A stretch of 64,000 nt of DNA from Eledone cirrhosa (Eukaryota), in the NCBI GenBank assembly GCA_964016885.1, contig OZ024755.1, positions 23,188,001 to 23,252,000 on the forward strand, read 5' to 3'. The translations under genes were made by a program, and so were the position numbers. Positions 43,097 to 57,272 of this stretch are shown here, in pieces; the stretch's first letter is position 1, and every line of letters starts with the position of its first letter. Below the pieces are notes generated by a model that was not told the origin of the DNA, ran no database searches, and saw only the letters and a list, made by a program, of their open reading frames with translations.

Positions 43097-43850
43097 TGGT
43101 GGCTGCCAACTCGTTTTCGAGTACGGCCACTACTTTATATCCATGTAGGAGAACTCCTACCGATGCGCTGAACAAGTGTGACATTTTAGTCCAGCCAGCG
43201 ACTTGAAAACTCTGGTACAAACACTACACTTGTGACAAATATTGACACATAGTGCTGGGCCCATGGTACCATGTGACGACAAGTGCAGAGAGAGATCCAG
43301 ATATAAAGCAATGCCTGTTCTGTGAAGCTTTTATAGTGAGCAAAGGCACTGCACAAAGCCAGTCCCACTCTCTTAACCAAGATGATATTTAACAAAAAGA
43401 AGAACAAGTCAACATCATTGGATACCATCAGGGTTGCAGGTGTTATATCAGAGTTTTCCTTCTCCTAGAATTCTGCCTTGACAAAGGCTAAGGGGTCATC
43501 TCTCCCGGTGATTTTGGATGGCCATTGACTCTTAAGAGCTCCTTTGCCCTTTGACAGGTTTTGTTTTTAGTCCTGCAGGATACATACATACATACATACA
43601 TACATACATACATACATACATACATACATACATACATGATGGCTGCAAACTCTGCTAAGAGTATTGCAATCGCTTGTCAGATTATAGAGTTTGGTGCACT
43701 TTTAGGCAACTACACGAACCTGTAACAGATCCCTAACAAGCAATGCCTGGGCTTTGAAGGTTTTTTAAAGTGGGGAAATGCCTTGCACTCGACCACTCCC
43801 ACTCTCTGAGCATCGAAAACACTACCCGAAAAGGAGAACTTACATACATA
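43097..43850 (-). repeat. LINE-5'UTR-like repeats separated by (CATA)n; homologous to 51040-51450 (plus)
   Basis: 43760-43838 is similar to the reverse complement of 51362-51445; the ggatggcc...gccctttg and agagttttccttct blocks are shared. Confidence 0.55.
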
Positions 43851-46061
43851 CATACATACAAACATCTTCCTAGTGAATTCGTGTCTGTGGAATGCTCAGC
43901 CACTTGTACGTTAATTCCATGAGCAGGCTGTTTCATTGATCGAATCAACTCAAACACTCCTCGTCGTAACTGACGGAGGTCCATCACACGCAGAGAGGGG
44001 AGGGGGTAGACACACACAGAGAGACAGAGACACACAGATAGAAAAAGATAAACACACACACATACACCCCTTCACATCCGCGCCAGTGTGTGTACGTGCG
44101 TGTGTGTGTACTTTTTACTAACATGTCATTGACCTTTTATCTGAATTAATATATATATAATTGAATAAAGTATTGACAAAAAAACCTGATCTTATTGCAC
44201 CATTATAACTGTCTTTAACCCATTTAAGTTTGCTGTGAAGTGGCTATGTGTTAAAACCATATGTTCTCAACTAGACTACAGCACACAACTCACTCTACCC
44301 CTCACATTCAAACGCTCTCAGCTAACAGCATACCAAGTCTGCGATTATTATACACAGCAGCTGGGTAATCTGTTAGGTTTAGCTTCATCTGTATTCTTTC
44401 TGCGGGTAGATATGCACTCTCAAGGTCATTTGCTGGCGCTTTCATTTATTTATTTAGTTAGTTATTCTCTTTCTAGTTTCAGCCATCATAGCGTTAATGC
44501 TATGTATGACAGCTCATAACTATTATCAATGCCCGAGAAACTCACGTTACCAAGAACAGAAAGACGATTTGTGTAAATTTCTGCTGAGGCAAGTAATCTA
44601 ATGTGACCTTGTGTGTGTGTGAATTATGTTTTAATATAGCCACAGGATAATTAAGGGTCGAGAAAAAACTAATGTAGTTCAATTTACTAGAAGACTGTTC
44701 GTTTCCAGTCAAAGGCACAATGTTGTTGGTACTGTTGCTGTTGTCTTTTTAGCCAGAGGTCAGCTCTGAAGGGCGAACAGATAGTGTATCTACGATTACA
44801 TTAACCTTTCGTTTTCAAGACCCTCGATATGATGAGGAAGGAAAATATTTGACTGCTATCTTTAGCATGTTGAGCGATTTCATTGGTTCAAAATCACTGC
44901 GTGGTTGTATAACTTCAGATTATCCTGAACTTGCAAACTTATGAGCAAAGGTGTACTAACAATGGCCAACCGATATTTTTAAGACTCCATTAGACTACAT
45001 CATCAAATGCGACCTTTTTTTTTTTCTTTTCGAGGTTGGATTATTGAGAGAATTGGCTGTTATTTCTAGAAGAATGAGCAACCACTTAGATGCTCATTTG
45101 TTGAGTCTTACGGTACTGCGAGTCTGCCATAGCTGCTTCGATTGACTTAACTATGAATAGACAACTGTGTTAAATATGATTATTTTAGAACATTCTTTAA
45201 ACATTGCTTAATAGGTAATTACAAATATCGTAATAGGTATTTTAAGTTAACCTACTTTACTAACTTTCTTTTCTTCTACTCGTACATAAATCTCCTTCTC
45301 TTTGTTGTTTTTTGTTTTGTTTTTTCTTTCTGCTTCTCTTTTTTTTTTCTGCTTCACTTTTTCTTCTATTTTTGAAGTAGCTATGGGTTGTTGTTTCTGA
45401 AAGTGGAGTGAGCCTATATTAATTTTGTTGTGTTATACATCATAATATTTTTCATGCTGAGAGTACATCTGTAACTAGTCTTTAGACTGTTTCCTATAGA
45501 GTAATTTTCTGTGATGGTGGTTAATTTGGAAATATTTATTTATTGAGGCTATGAAATTTTAAGTGATTATTACTTAATATTTAGAGGAAGGCCGGCTGTA
45601 AACCAGATGATGTTGAGAGTGTTTATTCAAAGTATTTCATGACATAAAATGCCTTCTCCATTCTGTCCGCCGGGGCCGTGAGGCGGCCAGCATGTGGGTC
45701 CCCATTTGCTCATAATACAGAGAGATGGTGAGGGTGAGAGAGATGGAGTTCGGCTCTTCCGTGTTCGGACCTGGTGTGCAGCATCAGTTGTCCGTAGGGA
45801 GGTAGTGGTTTGTAATTAGCGAAGGCTTTTAGAACCTTGTGTTTGCCATTAAATGTCTTATCGTGTCGGGAATTTAGAAGGTCCTTTCCGGTTACTTAAT
45901 ATATCATTCAATGCAGAATCAATAATATATGAAACAAAAGTTCCTTCCACTAACACAAACACCACTATACAGTGTAGAGGCTACATTAGTATGATGGAAT
46001 ATAAAGTTAAACAATATTACTTCAAACATACATTATTTTCCACAAAACTATGGGCGTTGAA

Positions 46062-46388
46062 TTGGCAGTATCGGTAGAGAGTCGAACACCATGCTTTCCA
46101 GCATAGTTACGTCCCTTTACGGTCTGAGTTCAAATCCCTTCGAGGTTAATTATATAGATAGATAGATATTTATATAGTATATATTATATAGATAGATATA
46201 TATTTATATAGTATTATATATATTTATATTGGTAGAGGGTCGGACGCCATGCTTTGACATATAGTTACGGCCCTTGCCATTCTGAGTTCAAATCCCGCCG
46301 AGGTTAACTTTGCCTTTCATCCTTATTGGGTCGATAAAATAAAGTACCAGTAATACACTGAGGTAATTGCTAGCCTTGTGCCAAAAAC
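46062..46388 (+). mobile_element. Two SINE copies (truncated + near full) separated by an AT tract
   Basis: Match to the reference copy; another minus-strand copy at 47168-47348. Confidence 0.85.
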
Positions 46389-46557
46389 TGGTATTAGCGC
46401 CTGAAGAAAGCTCACTATTTGGATGTCTCTTGTTTTCTGGGATTATGATCAAATTTGGATTTTGAAAGTTTGGGTAGCGCTTTTGCTCTATGTATGAACA
46501 GAAATTAATAATATAGTATGTATAATATATAATATAATATAATATAATATATATATA

Positions 46558-46633
<76 letters not shown>

Positions 46634-47516
46634 AACAGTTTTGATCTAATGATAGTCCATGGGAGAAAACCTATCTCTACCAGAGGGCATAGATGCGTAT
46701 ATGAAAGCATATACGATATGTTTATATGTATTAAATACCCCTATTTTCCTACAACATAGCTAGGATCTTCCAGCAAAGCAAAGAATTAATTAACTATTTT
46801 GTTGGTTCAGTATGTATAAATATCTTTTGGTTACGATAGGTTGGAGATAGGAATGGGAATTGTGGGGTGGGTGAGGGAGGAAGGTGAAAGTGTCTGAAAT
46901 AAAGAGTATGTAGTGTGTGTGGGAGGGGGAGTGTTGGAAATGAAGAATGTGTCTGGTGGGTGGGTAAGTGAGGAAAGGTAAGAGTCTGAAATGAGAGGTT
47001 GTGGAAGAAGTTACATACACATTCTTCATTGCTTCCATAACAAAACTGCCCTCATTGTTTTGTCTGAAACGAAGCCTATATACATAATATTTGCCATATA
47101 TACTCTGCATTGTATCCTTCTCTTTAGGTGTGTGGTCTAGGACCGACACAGAATAATCTTTATTATATAATTGTTTCTACTTTTGGCACAATGCCAGTAA
47201 TTACCCAGTACATTACTGGTACTTTATTTTATCGACCCTGTCAGGCTGAAAGGCAAAGTTAACCTCGGCGGGATTTGAACTCAGATCGTAAAGGGACGTA
47301 ACTACGCTGGAAAGTATGTCCAACCCTCTACCGATCCTGCCAATCCATAATTATATAATATATAAATATTATACTTTGATATTGAACACTTTTCTTTGCG
47401 TTTGTAAATCCAAATTTCTCAATTATTGAACCTCGGAAGTCGTGATACATACATAAATACATACATACATATATACATAAATACATACATATATACATAA
47501 ATACATACATATATAC

Positions 47517-47990
47517 AGATTAGCGAAAAGGAGAATATCTATGCAGAACTAATGAGAAATCTGCAGAAACTCCACCCTGACTATACCTTCAGATTTATAA
47601 TTATAGAGGCACTGGGATATGTTAGTAACTGCTTCAATACAAATCTTGAGATGCTAGGCTTCACAGGAACAGAAAGAACACAACTAGTTAGGAAATTACA
47701 AGTACAATCCATTAATGGAACAGTAAAAATATGTAAAACATTTCAAAAATTTTGCATCTAATAACTGCATATACACTTGTACAGATACAAAGCATATGCA
47801 CATGCACACATACAACTCAAAACACACACATCCACACATACAATAACATCCATACCTGCACACACATGCAGACATGTCTATCTAGTAGATGTTGTGTAAA
47901 TTCCAATGAGAGAGTCCTGTAACTATGTTAGAAACCAACTCTATATTGGCAAAAAATAAAAAATGTGAAATTATAAAACCAGAAGAACAT
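47517..47990 (+). mobile_element. R4/Dong-type (RLE) LINE: end of endonuclease + 3' UTR, in (TACA)n
   Basis: ISEKENIYAELMRNLQKLHPDYTFRFIIIEALG...KLQVQSINGTVKICKTF; ends in catacatac. Confidence 0.8.
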
Positions 47991-48049
47991 ACATACATAC
48001 ACACACGCACACACACGCACACGCCCATATACATACATTCATACATACA

Positions 48050-49565
48050 GCCTGTCTGAACCTATTTCTCCAACATCACTGCGACAGTAATAACATCATC
48101 ACAGATGAGCAAGCAGCTGCGAAGAATTAACAAAACCACGATGTTAGAGATGCGTCAACGTAGGAGGAATATGGTTACAGTCTGGCTGTACTTGATTCTG
48201 TTCCCCACTCTTGGATGATTGAGGTCCTCCCAGACACTATTATCAGAGTCATAGAGAACCTATCTTCTTCTTGGGTGATTATCCTAAAGTTAAAAACAGA
48301 AGGAGCACTCTATTTTCACCGTTAAAATAAAATACCACATGGGTATATTACAAGGAGACAGTCTCTGTGTGCTACTATTCATTCTGTCATTAAACCGCTT
48401 GTACTTTCTGCTCAAGAAATGTGAAAGATACGTAATTGGATGGAAATTCAAATCTAACTCATAATTTCTTTGTGGATGATCTGAAACTCTATGCCAAAAA
48501 TATAAATGTGATGAAGAAAAATCTCGACCTGGTTAAGACGTTCTCTAAAGGATATAGGAATGGGGATTGGCCAGGATAAATGTTCATATATGATTGTAAA
48601 ACGGGGAAAAACCACAAGTTAATCTAACTACATGTTTATCAATGGCCTAACGGTTTCACCGATATCTGACGAGGACTACTACTGATACCTGGGGATAGAT
48701 GAAAATATATCCTATGATGGTATCTGTAACAAGAAACGCATAACCAGGGAATATTACACCCGATTAAGAAAAATATGGTCATCTGAAATCTCTGCACACA
48801 ATAAAATAGTGGCTCACAATGTGTTTGCTGTGCCTGTCCTAAAACCAACGTTTGGAATACTCAATTGGACGATAGACGAAATTTGAGCTATTGATGTTAA
48901 AACCCGAAAAATCCTAAACACTACCAGAAACGTCCACATCAACAGTGACATAGACCGCTTCTACATGAAACGTAAACAGGGAGGCAGCGGCCTAACATCA
49001 ATCCAGACAGCATTTGAATGTCGCATCATATCCCCCCGATAACATCTACGAAGCTCCAAACGTAGGAGCCAATCTATTGAGCAAGTCTGTCTACATGGAC
49101 CAACAACCGCTATATTGGCTCCACTTTGAAGGATATACTTTTGCAATCCAAGAACAGGAAATCAATACAAAAAACTTGATTCTCAAAAGAAATAGGGATG
49201 CAGGCAAAACAACTGGATGTGACAACAAATGCAGACTCTGCGGAATTAACATCGAAGATGCCACCCATGTCATAAGCAGCTGACAAAAGATGTCATCACG
49301 GTACTGTCTACCTATGAGGTATGATGTAGTGGCCAAAACACTACACAATGCAACCCGTAGAAAATATAGCCCCGACAATAAATATATTATAAGTTATAGA
49401 AGACATATACAGACATAATATGAAAGAGTACTGGTGGAATGTTCCAGTCAAAACCTCAATAAAATGCAAGCATAACAGACCAGATATTATATGTGACACG
49501 GAAAAGAAGGCATGTAGTGGAAGTCGGCTGCCCATCATATGCCAACATTCTATTAAAGATTAGCG
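48050..49565 (+). mobile_element. R4/Dong-type LINE: RT, CCHC knuckle, start of the RLE endonuclease (pseudogenised)
   Basis: GILQGDSLCVLLFILSL, FVDDLKLYAKN, YLGI, DRFYMKRKQGGSGL, AIQEQEINTKN, CRLCGINIEDATHVISS, RYDVVAK, HNRPDI and VEVGCP motifs. Confidence 0.88.
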
Positions 49566-51006
49566 CCATACCGAGTAAGTACGTTTCGTTAGCCCTGAGG
49601 ACCAGCTTGTTTAACCTGTGCCGATGAGCATTTCTGATAAACACTACGTTGTGCATATATATTTAATATTTAGTTAATTACCCTGGAAACAAACGCAAAT
49701 TATACAAAATAGAACGGTCATTTCAGTTAAGCCATAGTTTGTATTTGGTACAAATAGCGTTTGATCTCTCTTTGTCTCCTTAATTCTGGATAGAAAATAA
49801 AAGTACTATTATACTGATAAACGACCAGTTAGTTGTGAAACAACATATGTATTGACACTATTTAATGTTTTTCGGTGTATAAAAATAGTCACATATTTAT
49901 ATACATTGATCGATATATTTTGAAATATATGCATACACATACTAGGAAAAAAAAGTGTGTACACACACACACACGCACACATACACACATACATACATAC
50001 ATACATACACTACCCCACCAACACACACACACACATATATGTATGTATATATATATATATTAATATTAATAAAAGATCGGAGGCGATATTCAGTTGATTC
50101 AGTTTATTTAAATCTCCGTTATACATATTTCACTGAGGACTATCAGTTATGATAGGCTGAGCTCTTCAAGCGGCAAAATCAAAAATAAACATTGAAAGTT
50201 CCGAATAAACCTTTAAATTTGAAAAACTCCAATAACTTCCCCGAAAAAGATTTTCTTTTCACGACACAGTATATAGTATATAAAGGCCGATTTCATGAAA
50301 AAAAAATGGAGTACTTCATACATGTGAAGCCAGCAAAAGTTTCTGCCTTCACATAATGTCGAACCTAGATTGGAAAGTTAGAATTTATAAATTATATTTT
50401 ACTGATTTTTTGTTACAGTTGTTTTACATTGTTTTTCCACTTATGTAATGCGTACTTCTCTATTAATATGAAGATTTGTTTGACAACTAATCTTTATTTG
50501 TTTATTGTTTTTACCGTCACCCCGCCGCCATATTATATAATTCTCTCTGTAATATGTTAGTAAGTAAATTAAAATAAATTATAAAAAATATAAAATAAGT
50601 CAGGAAATCAAGGAAAGAAAAGTGTAACTGATGTTGGTAACTGCATATATTTTTTACACACAAAAAAAAAGATGAATAAAATATTAAACGCAGAAAATAT
50701 CAAATAAATAAAATATAAAAAGATGAAAATATCAAATAAATAAAATATAAAAAGATGAAATAAAATAATTGTAGCAAATACGTGAAAGAAAAAAGTAAAA
50801 AGTAAAAGATATTGGTAACTGTATATAAAAAGTTGGAATAAAATGTATTACGCAGTACGGTACATATTACTAATGCGTATGATAAAATAGTCCCGCAGAA
50901 AAAGGTCAAATAAGTATGTCTTTAAGTTAGGGCCATATTGACTTATTATATTACGTCCATATCCGATTCCTCGGGACAGATATGGTCGTAAGTCGGGGAG
51001 AACATT

Positions 51007-51038
<32 letters not shown>

Positions 51039-52194
51039 AGAGTGTCAGGTCGCTCTCGAGTGCTACTGGTAACATGTAACCCAGTACAACCTGTCTCATG
51101 GTCGGGTCGTCGGCAACTAAACCGACAACCCCACCAAGCTTGCTTGGTGAGGAGGGTCATATTTGGACACCCTGCGAGATGAAATAGAACACCCGGCAAA
51201 GGGCGGAGGAACTCAGCAGAGTCAACGGCCATCCAAATACTGCTTTTTTTTTTTTCACCTGGGAGTGAAAGGCCCCCAGTTGTTGTCACAACACCTTTCT
51301 AAGAGAGGGAAACTCTGAAAAAAAACCTGCGGCTTCGGAAGCATCCGATGATGTTGACCAGGTCTCCTTTTCGGGTAGTGTTTTAGATGCTCAGAGATTG
51401 GGATTGGTCGAGTGCAAGGCCTTTACCCACTTAAAAAAAACCTTCAAATCGATTAAAAAAACCTTCTAATCGATTTTTCCCTGTCCTAAATGTGCTAATG
51501 TTAGCAACTATTATTCATTCTTTTTAAATTCAGTATTCTGATTTCTGTTTTGAAACCTTAAACATTCTACAGGGTGTCCCCAAAAACATGTACTCACATT
51601 TTGATTCCCTATAACTTATTGAATTGTTTCTAATTCTATAAACAATGCATTTATTGTCATTTAAAGACCGCGTGTAATAGGGGCGGGGGGGCGCTTTGTA
51701 TATCTTTTAAATAGAAAAAAATATATTTTAATTAAAAAATATTATTTTCATTAGCACCTTTTAAACCAATCTTTCCCACATACATATGTAATTTTATGGA
51801 ACAAAAGTTCTATTCACACAGCACGTAGCTATTGTCTCTCTATAGTACGAATTTCTGTCTAAATAAATAAATTTAAAAAAAACAAGAACAACGTTCCATT
51901 AATTCTAATATGAATTTTAAATTCTGTTTACTTCACATGAAAAGTTATGATCAAACACTTTTCTCTAATTAGTCGGACATTGATCAATAAGTCCTCCGAT
52001 GTTAGCATACTTTTGAAATATAATGAACATTAAAATATTGAATATAGTTGTATATAAGTGACGCTGGTAGATAATTCACACTCTTTATGTGTTTCTATCA
52101 TAATATTTTGGCTTCAACGTGTGATCTGTATAAACAACGCAAGTTACTTTCGTGTGTATTGCTAGCAACTTCATTTGTGGCTGCCTTTAATTAT

Positions 52195-52527
52195 TTCTGG
52201 TTTAAAATCGATCCCCAGTGCATTACTGGTACTTTATTCTATCGACCCTGTAAAGATGAAAAGCAAATCTTAACCTCGACGGGATTTGAACTCAGAACGT
52301 AAAGGGACGCAACTATAAGCAGCAAAGCATGTTACCTTCAAACAATTGTTTCTGATTAAGGCATAAAGCCAACGATTTGGGGGAGGATAAAGTCGACTAA
52401 ATTGACACCAGTGAGTTCCTGGTACTTTATTTCATCGTCCCCGTAAGTATGAAAGGCAAAGCTAACCTCGACGGGATTTTAACTCAGAACGTAAAGGGAC
52501 GTAACAATATACCGCAAAGCATGTTGC
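52195..52527 (-). mobile_element. Two tandem SINE copies
   Basis: Match to the reference copy. Confidence 0.8.
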
Positions 52528-52689
52528 GATTAAATAATTAACACATTTAGCTGAAATAATTCCAATAATTTCCAACACAATGAATTTCTATGTTCTATGC
52601 CTCGAACAAACCTATCAACTAGCGTTTTAAATCACCACTCCTGTGTTGACTGCATCTTACTATCGACCGATAAATAACTGCTTACAATC

Positions 52690-53052
52690 GTTTTGCCTAC
52701 ATGAAAAGCGAGTGTATTCAGATACTTTGGTAGAATGAAATAAACGCTTACAAATTGATTTTAATGAAATAAAAATTTCAACGTATGGCGTCATGTGTGA
52801 AATATCGCTACATTTTAACTGATATAATGTTATCCCATTTCTGTTTACGAGTTTGGTATACCACCCAAGTGAAACGAAGGCTTTCTGACTAATATCATAT
52901 TTACTCGTATTTATAGATAAGTGCAAACTATCCCTATATAGCTGTAATCCAGGAGTACTTTCAGCGTTTCTTCTGAGAACCACGCGAGAGGATACAGGGC
53001 TATTCACGTATAATTTACATACCCACGTATATATTATATCTTTCTCCAATTT
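52690..53052 (-). CDS. Possible host coding exon (~120 aa), unidentified
   Basis: Non-repetitive 129-codon open frame in AT-rich DNA; candidate acceptor tttccctatataAG and donor GTAAGC. No family recognised. Confidence 0.25.
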
Positions 53053-53789
53053 CTTATATAGGGAAATAATTTAGCACATTCTATTTTGGATATTTTTTCA
53101 ATGTTTCTTTTTGTTCCCGCCAAACTGTCTCTGAGCTATATGAATTCCGTGTTCTTCAGCAAATTCAATAACATGCGACTGAAAACCAGCCTCATAACTT
53201 GATCACTTGCTTTTAATGCTCATGGTTTAGTTTAAGTAACCATTTAAAAAAATAAGGAATACTATGAATATTTCCAACATTTCCGCCAACAAATTTGTAC
53301 GTATAGAAGTGAAACGTTTAGAGAGACAGATAGAACTTTAGCGGCGGTTGTATAAGTTTTTGTTTTGTTGTTGCCTGGTTGATTCGTTCATTTGTAGTAG
53401 TAGTAGTAGTAGTAGTAGTATTGATGAAATGTGAAGTTGATGAGTGAGTAGCTTGTTGGTCGAATAATGGCAAGTGAGTAAGTGATGTTCTGACCTGACA
53501 ACTCTCCCTGTCCGACAGGGAGATCTCCCACCCACTTTGTGTTGGATGAGAGATCTCTTCTTTAGTGAAAATGAGTAGGGCTTTCATTATGTAAAAATCT
53601 CTCTATTTTGACTCATTTTGGGGCACTTTTTTCATGGTACTCTCCATTTGTGTTTTTAGAGGTTGGCAGGTCTGGAAGTTGGTCTCAGTGAATTGAGAGA
53701 AGCTATGCCATATTCACGGAAACAAGAAGTTATACTCGCTTGTTGTGGTGTGCAGTGATATTGCCATGGAGATAATGATTTTTCCATAC

Positions 53790-53921
53790 CACATGGATAA
53801 ACATATACAAGTGAACAAGACACCGCTAATTTTCACATGGATAAACATATGCAAATGAACACGACACCGCTAATTTTCACATGGATAAACATACACAAAT
53901 GAGCAAGACACCGCTAATTTT
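53790..53921. repeat. 3 x 44-bp tandem repeat
   Basis: cacatggataaacata...gacaccgctaatttt at 53790, 53834 and 53878. Confidence 0.9.
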
Positions 53922-54712
53922 AAAGTTTTTATTTGTAACATGATTTACTTCGAATTCATGTGCAACAATGAATAGCGGGAAAAGAATATATGTATAGTTA
54001 TAGTGTGTCATGTGTACAAATATAGTAATATTCAACTGACCTGTGTTGATAATACTTGTCTCGGCCAGTCTCGACCCAGCAAAGCTGACTAGCGAGAGTG
54101 CGAACTGTATATAACGCTACACCGTAAGGCTGAAGGAACAAACTGTCTCTCTCGGAGACGAAGAACAGACTGTTTTTTTTCCAAAAGGAAATTTATATAT
54201 TGTTCTCCCCTCGTATAATTGGCACCTTTAGTCTTTCTATCAGAGAACGTTATCTAAGTTATGGGGCTCTGGGGCGTCATAGGCCAGTACTAAGATGGTT
54301 GTGTGTGGCCGACTAAGAAAAACCATCGTGGGGAAAAATGTGTCGACATTTTTCTACAGAACTATTTATATAACATGTGAAATGTTTAGAGAGACAGATA
54401 GGTAAATCTATGTAATGTACGGAGCTGCACAAAAGCTTATGATTTCTAGTATTATCAAATTATAAGCGGTCCAGCAGGTTCTTACGGGTGAAGTCAATAA
54501 CCTGGTTTTATTTACATTTATATAGACAGTGTTCTACAGATCCAATCATTTGTCGGTGGTTGTGTGTCATCGTGTGGTTGTGTGTATGCGTGTATTTGTG
54601 CGTGTGTGTCCGTATGTGTATGTCCGTATGTGTATGCATGTCTGTGTTTGTATATATATATCTTTGTGTGTATGTATGTGTGTACATGTGTATGTATATA
54701 TATATATATATA

Positions 54713-55380
54713 TCGGGCACCCGGGTAGGAACCCCTCGAAGAAGATCTGTCCGAGATGCGTGCATGACAAGGAAACCGTCGCGCACGCATTCGTACACTG
54801 CCCGGGCGTTGCTGACCTGTGGGGCTATGAGGAATGACTACTGTCGCGGGTGGGACCAATCCGGTTGACCACCGAGTACATTGTCACGATCAAACCGCCT
54901 CCTCCCTTCAAAGACGAAGGAGAGGCGGTTTTCCTCTGTATGATAGCTATGGGGAAAGAGGTTCTATGGTGGACGAGGTTGAAAGGGCTGAGGTCAGACA
55001 CTTTTCTCTCCGGCCAACAACTGGTCCTTTTCTTCAAGTACCATTTTAGAAGAAGGATCAGAATGGAGAGAGAGAGAGAGGTGCTCTACCCCAGCAAGTT
55101 TTACGAAAGGTGGGTGAAAGTGGCGAGAATGGCCCGAGTGAATGGGCCTTCTCTCTATATCATCCTGTAGGTGAGAGAGAAGAAGGAGGAGAGGAAGGGA
55201 GAACCCGCTCTTTGTGCTCCTGAAGAGGAGAGTTGCACATTTTTTTCGGAGGTGTGTGCGACCCACGTCAACGCCCCCTCCCTATTGAGGACTTCGATTG
55301 TTGAATTTGATTTGTTATATGTTTTTACACGTCCTTTGAAATCTTTGATGCCCTGGTGGCAAATAAATAGAAAGTTATCT
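54713..55380 (+). mobile_element. Tx1/L1-clade LINE 3' end
   Basis: CPRCVHDKETVAHAFVHCPGVADLW (CCHC, zf-RVT-like) followed by AMGKEVLWWTR...FYERW; starts directly after (TA)n. Confidence 0.8.
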
Positions 55381-55404
55381 ATATAATACTATATATAAAT
55401 ATAT

Positions 55405-55668
55405 ATAATTGTTTCTACTTTTGGCACAAGGCCAGCAATTACTCAGTGTATTACTGGTACTTTATTTTATCAACCCCGTAAGGATGAAAGGCAAAGTTAA
55501 CCTCGGCGGGATTTGAACTCAGAATGGCAAGGGCCGTAACTATGTGTCAAAGCATGGCGAAACGGCCAGAGCTCAGCCGTCGGGGTCCTGACTCTTTTTC
55601 TACTACCCTAAGTATCGAGTACTCTGGTGCGTTATGGTCCACCTGGTTCCTTACCACATTTCCTTCGT
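55405..55668. mobile_element. SINE (minus) fused to a family-B HHR element (plus)
   Basis: Junction gcatggCG|aaacggccagagctcagccgtcggggt at ~55558. Confidence 0.8.
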
Positions 55669-55679
55669 TATATATATAT

Positions 55680-56290
55680 ATATATATATTAATTTTTATT
55701 TTTATGTTCACTTATCTATGCCTATCTTGTTTTGATTCTTTTTGTTTCTCAACTGTAAGACGTATTAAATACTTCCCCTAGTCTGTCATGACTTACTAGC
55801 TCTATACGGACGTTTAAATTCATTAAATAATATATATATATTAATTTTTATTTTTATGTTCACTTATCTATGCCTATCTTGTTTTGATTCTTTTTGTTTC
55901 TCAACTGTAAGACGTATTAAATACTTCCCCTAGTCTGGCATGACTTACTAGCTCTATACGGACGTTTAAATTCATTAAATAATATATATATATTAATTTT
56001 TATTTTTATGTTCACTTATCTATGCCTATCTTGTTTTGATTCTTTTTGTTTCTCAACTGTAAGACGTATTAAATACTTCCCCTAGTCTGGCATGACTTAC
56101 TAGCTCTATACGGACGTTTAAATTCATTAAATAATATATATATATTAATTTTTATTTTTATGTTCACTTATCTATGCCTATCTTGTTTTGATTCTTTTTG
56201 TTTCTCAACTGTAAGAAGTATTAAATACTTCCCCTAGTCTGTCATGACTTACTAGCTCTATACGGACGTTTAAATTCATTAAATAAATAA
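55680..56290. repeat. 4 x 152-bp tandem repeat
   Basis: Unit starts at 55689, 55841, 55993 and 56145; nearly identical; last unit ends in (TAAA)n. Confidence 0.95.
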
Positions 56291-57102
56291 ATAAATTGTC
56301 CTTTAAAGATAAATTATTTCTTATTCCGTACAATTGTGAGCATCAGCTACAACCTTGGTTAAATTAATCCATTCCTTAATCCTTTTTCGTGCAAGATCCG
56401 GCAGTTAGATCGCATAGTTCGTGTATAATTTTACTTTTGAAACCCTAAATACTATAAAACTTCGCAATTTCTTCATGTGCTGGCTTTAACATTAAACCTA
56501 ACCATACTTTAAAGTCTAAAGTCTGTCTTAAACCAGAAGGCTCATTTGGCCGGCGCTTATCCCGGTTTCATGGCGTGAAGCGACTGAGAGTACAAGACCC
56601 CCCCCCCTCCCCTGGTACTCATTTTACTTATCCGGACTTGTCTTAGAGGGGGAACTTTCTAGGTGCAAATCCAATGGTTATTCGGGACTGAAGGGGGTAC
56701 TTGCCTTAGATACCTAAAACATTGCTTTTAACATGAAGTTCTACTTGCAAATATGTGGAACAGTTGTTTCAAATAAGCATTAGCTTACAGTTGGGGTTCA
56801 AACTTATGCAGCCACTGTGAGCTCTTGCTTAGAGAACAAAATATATATTTAAAAAAAACAACATACCAATGTAATGCTAGTTGTCGCACACTGCTCCTTA
56901 TTGTATTGATAAATCACTATATACTATGTCACGCTTCTGAAGGCCTTTGATCCTAAATATAGCCGATGACTAGCAACTTACACGTCGTGCGTTCCCAAAC
57001 CTCAATTTTAGGAAATACAGTGAAATTCCGTTATAACGAAATTCACTAGGGGATCAAGAATTTTATGTGCATATAAAAAAATTCAACTCTCTCTGCACAA
57101 TC

Positions 57103-57147
<45 letters not shown>

Positions 57148-57234
57148 TGGCAATATATATATATATATATATATATTCTGGCAATATATTATTAATTCTG
57201 GCAATATTACACAAATATGACCCTCCCCAAGTAT

Positions 57235-57272
<38 letters not shown>

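Noticed and set aside
46735-46780. HHR-like ctggaaga tccta..tagga aaa (minus); similar broken cores at ~37050-37072 and ~31490-31550
   Set aside because: GAAA or the core is disrupted; at best dead remnants.
51045-51140. HDV-like ribozyme in the RTE-like 5' UTR
   Set aside because: Could not assemble P1, P1.1 and P2 convincingly by eye.
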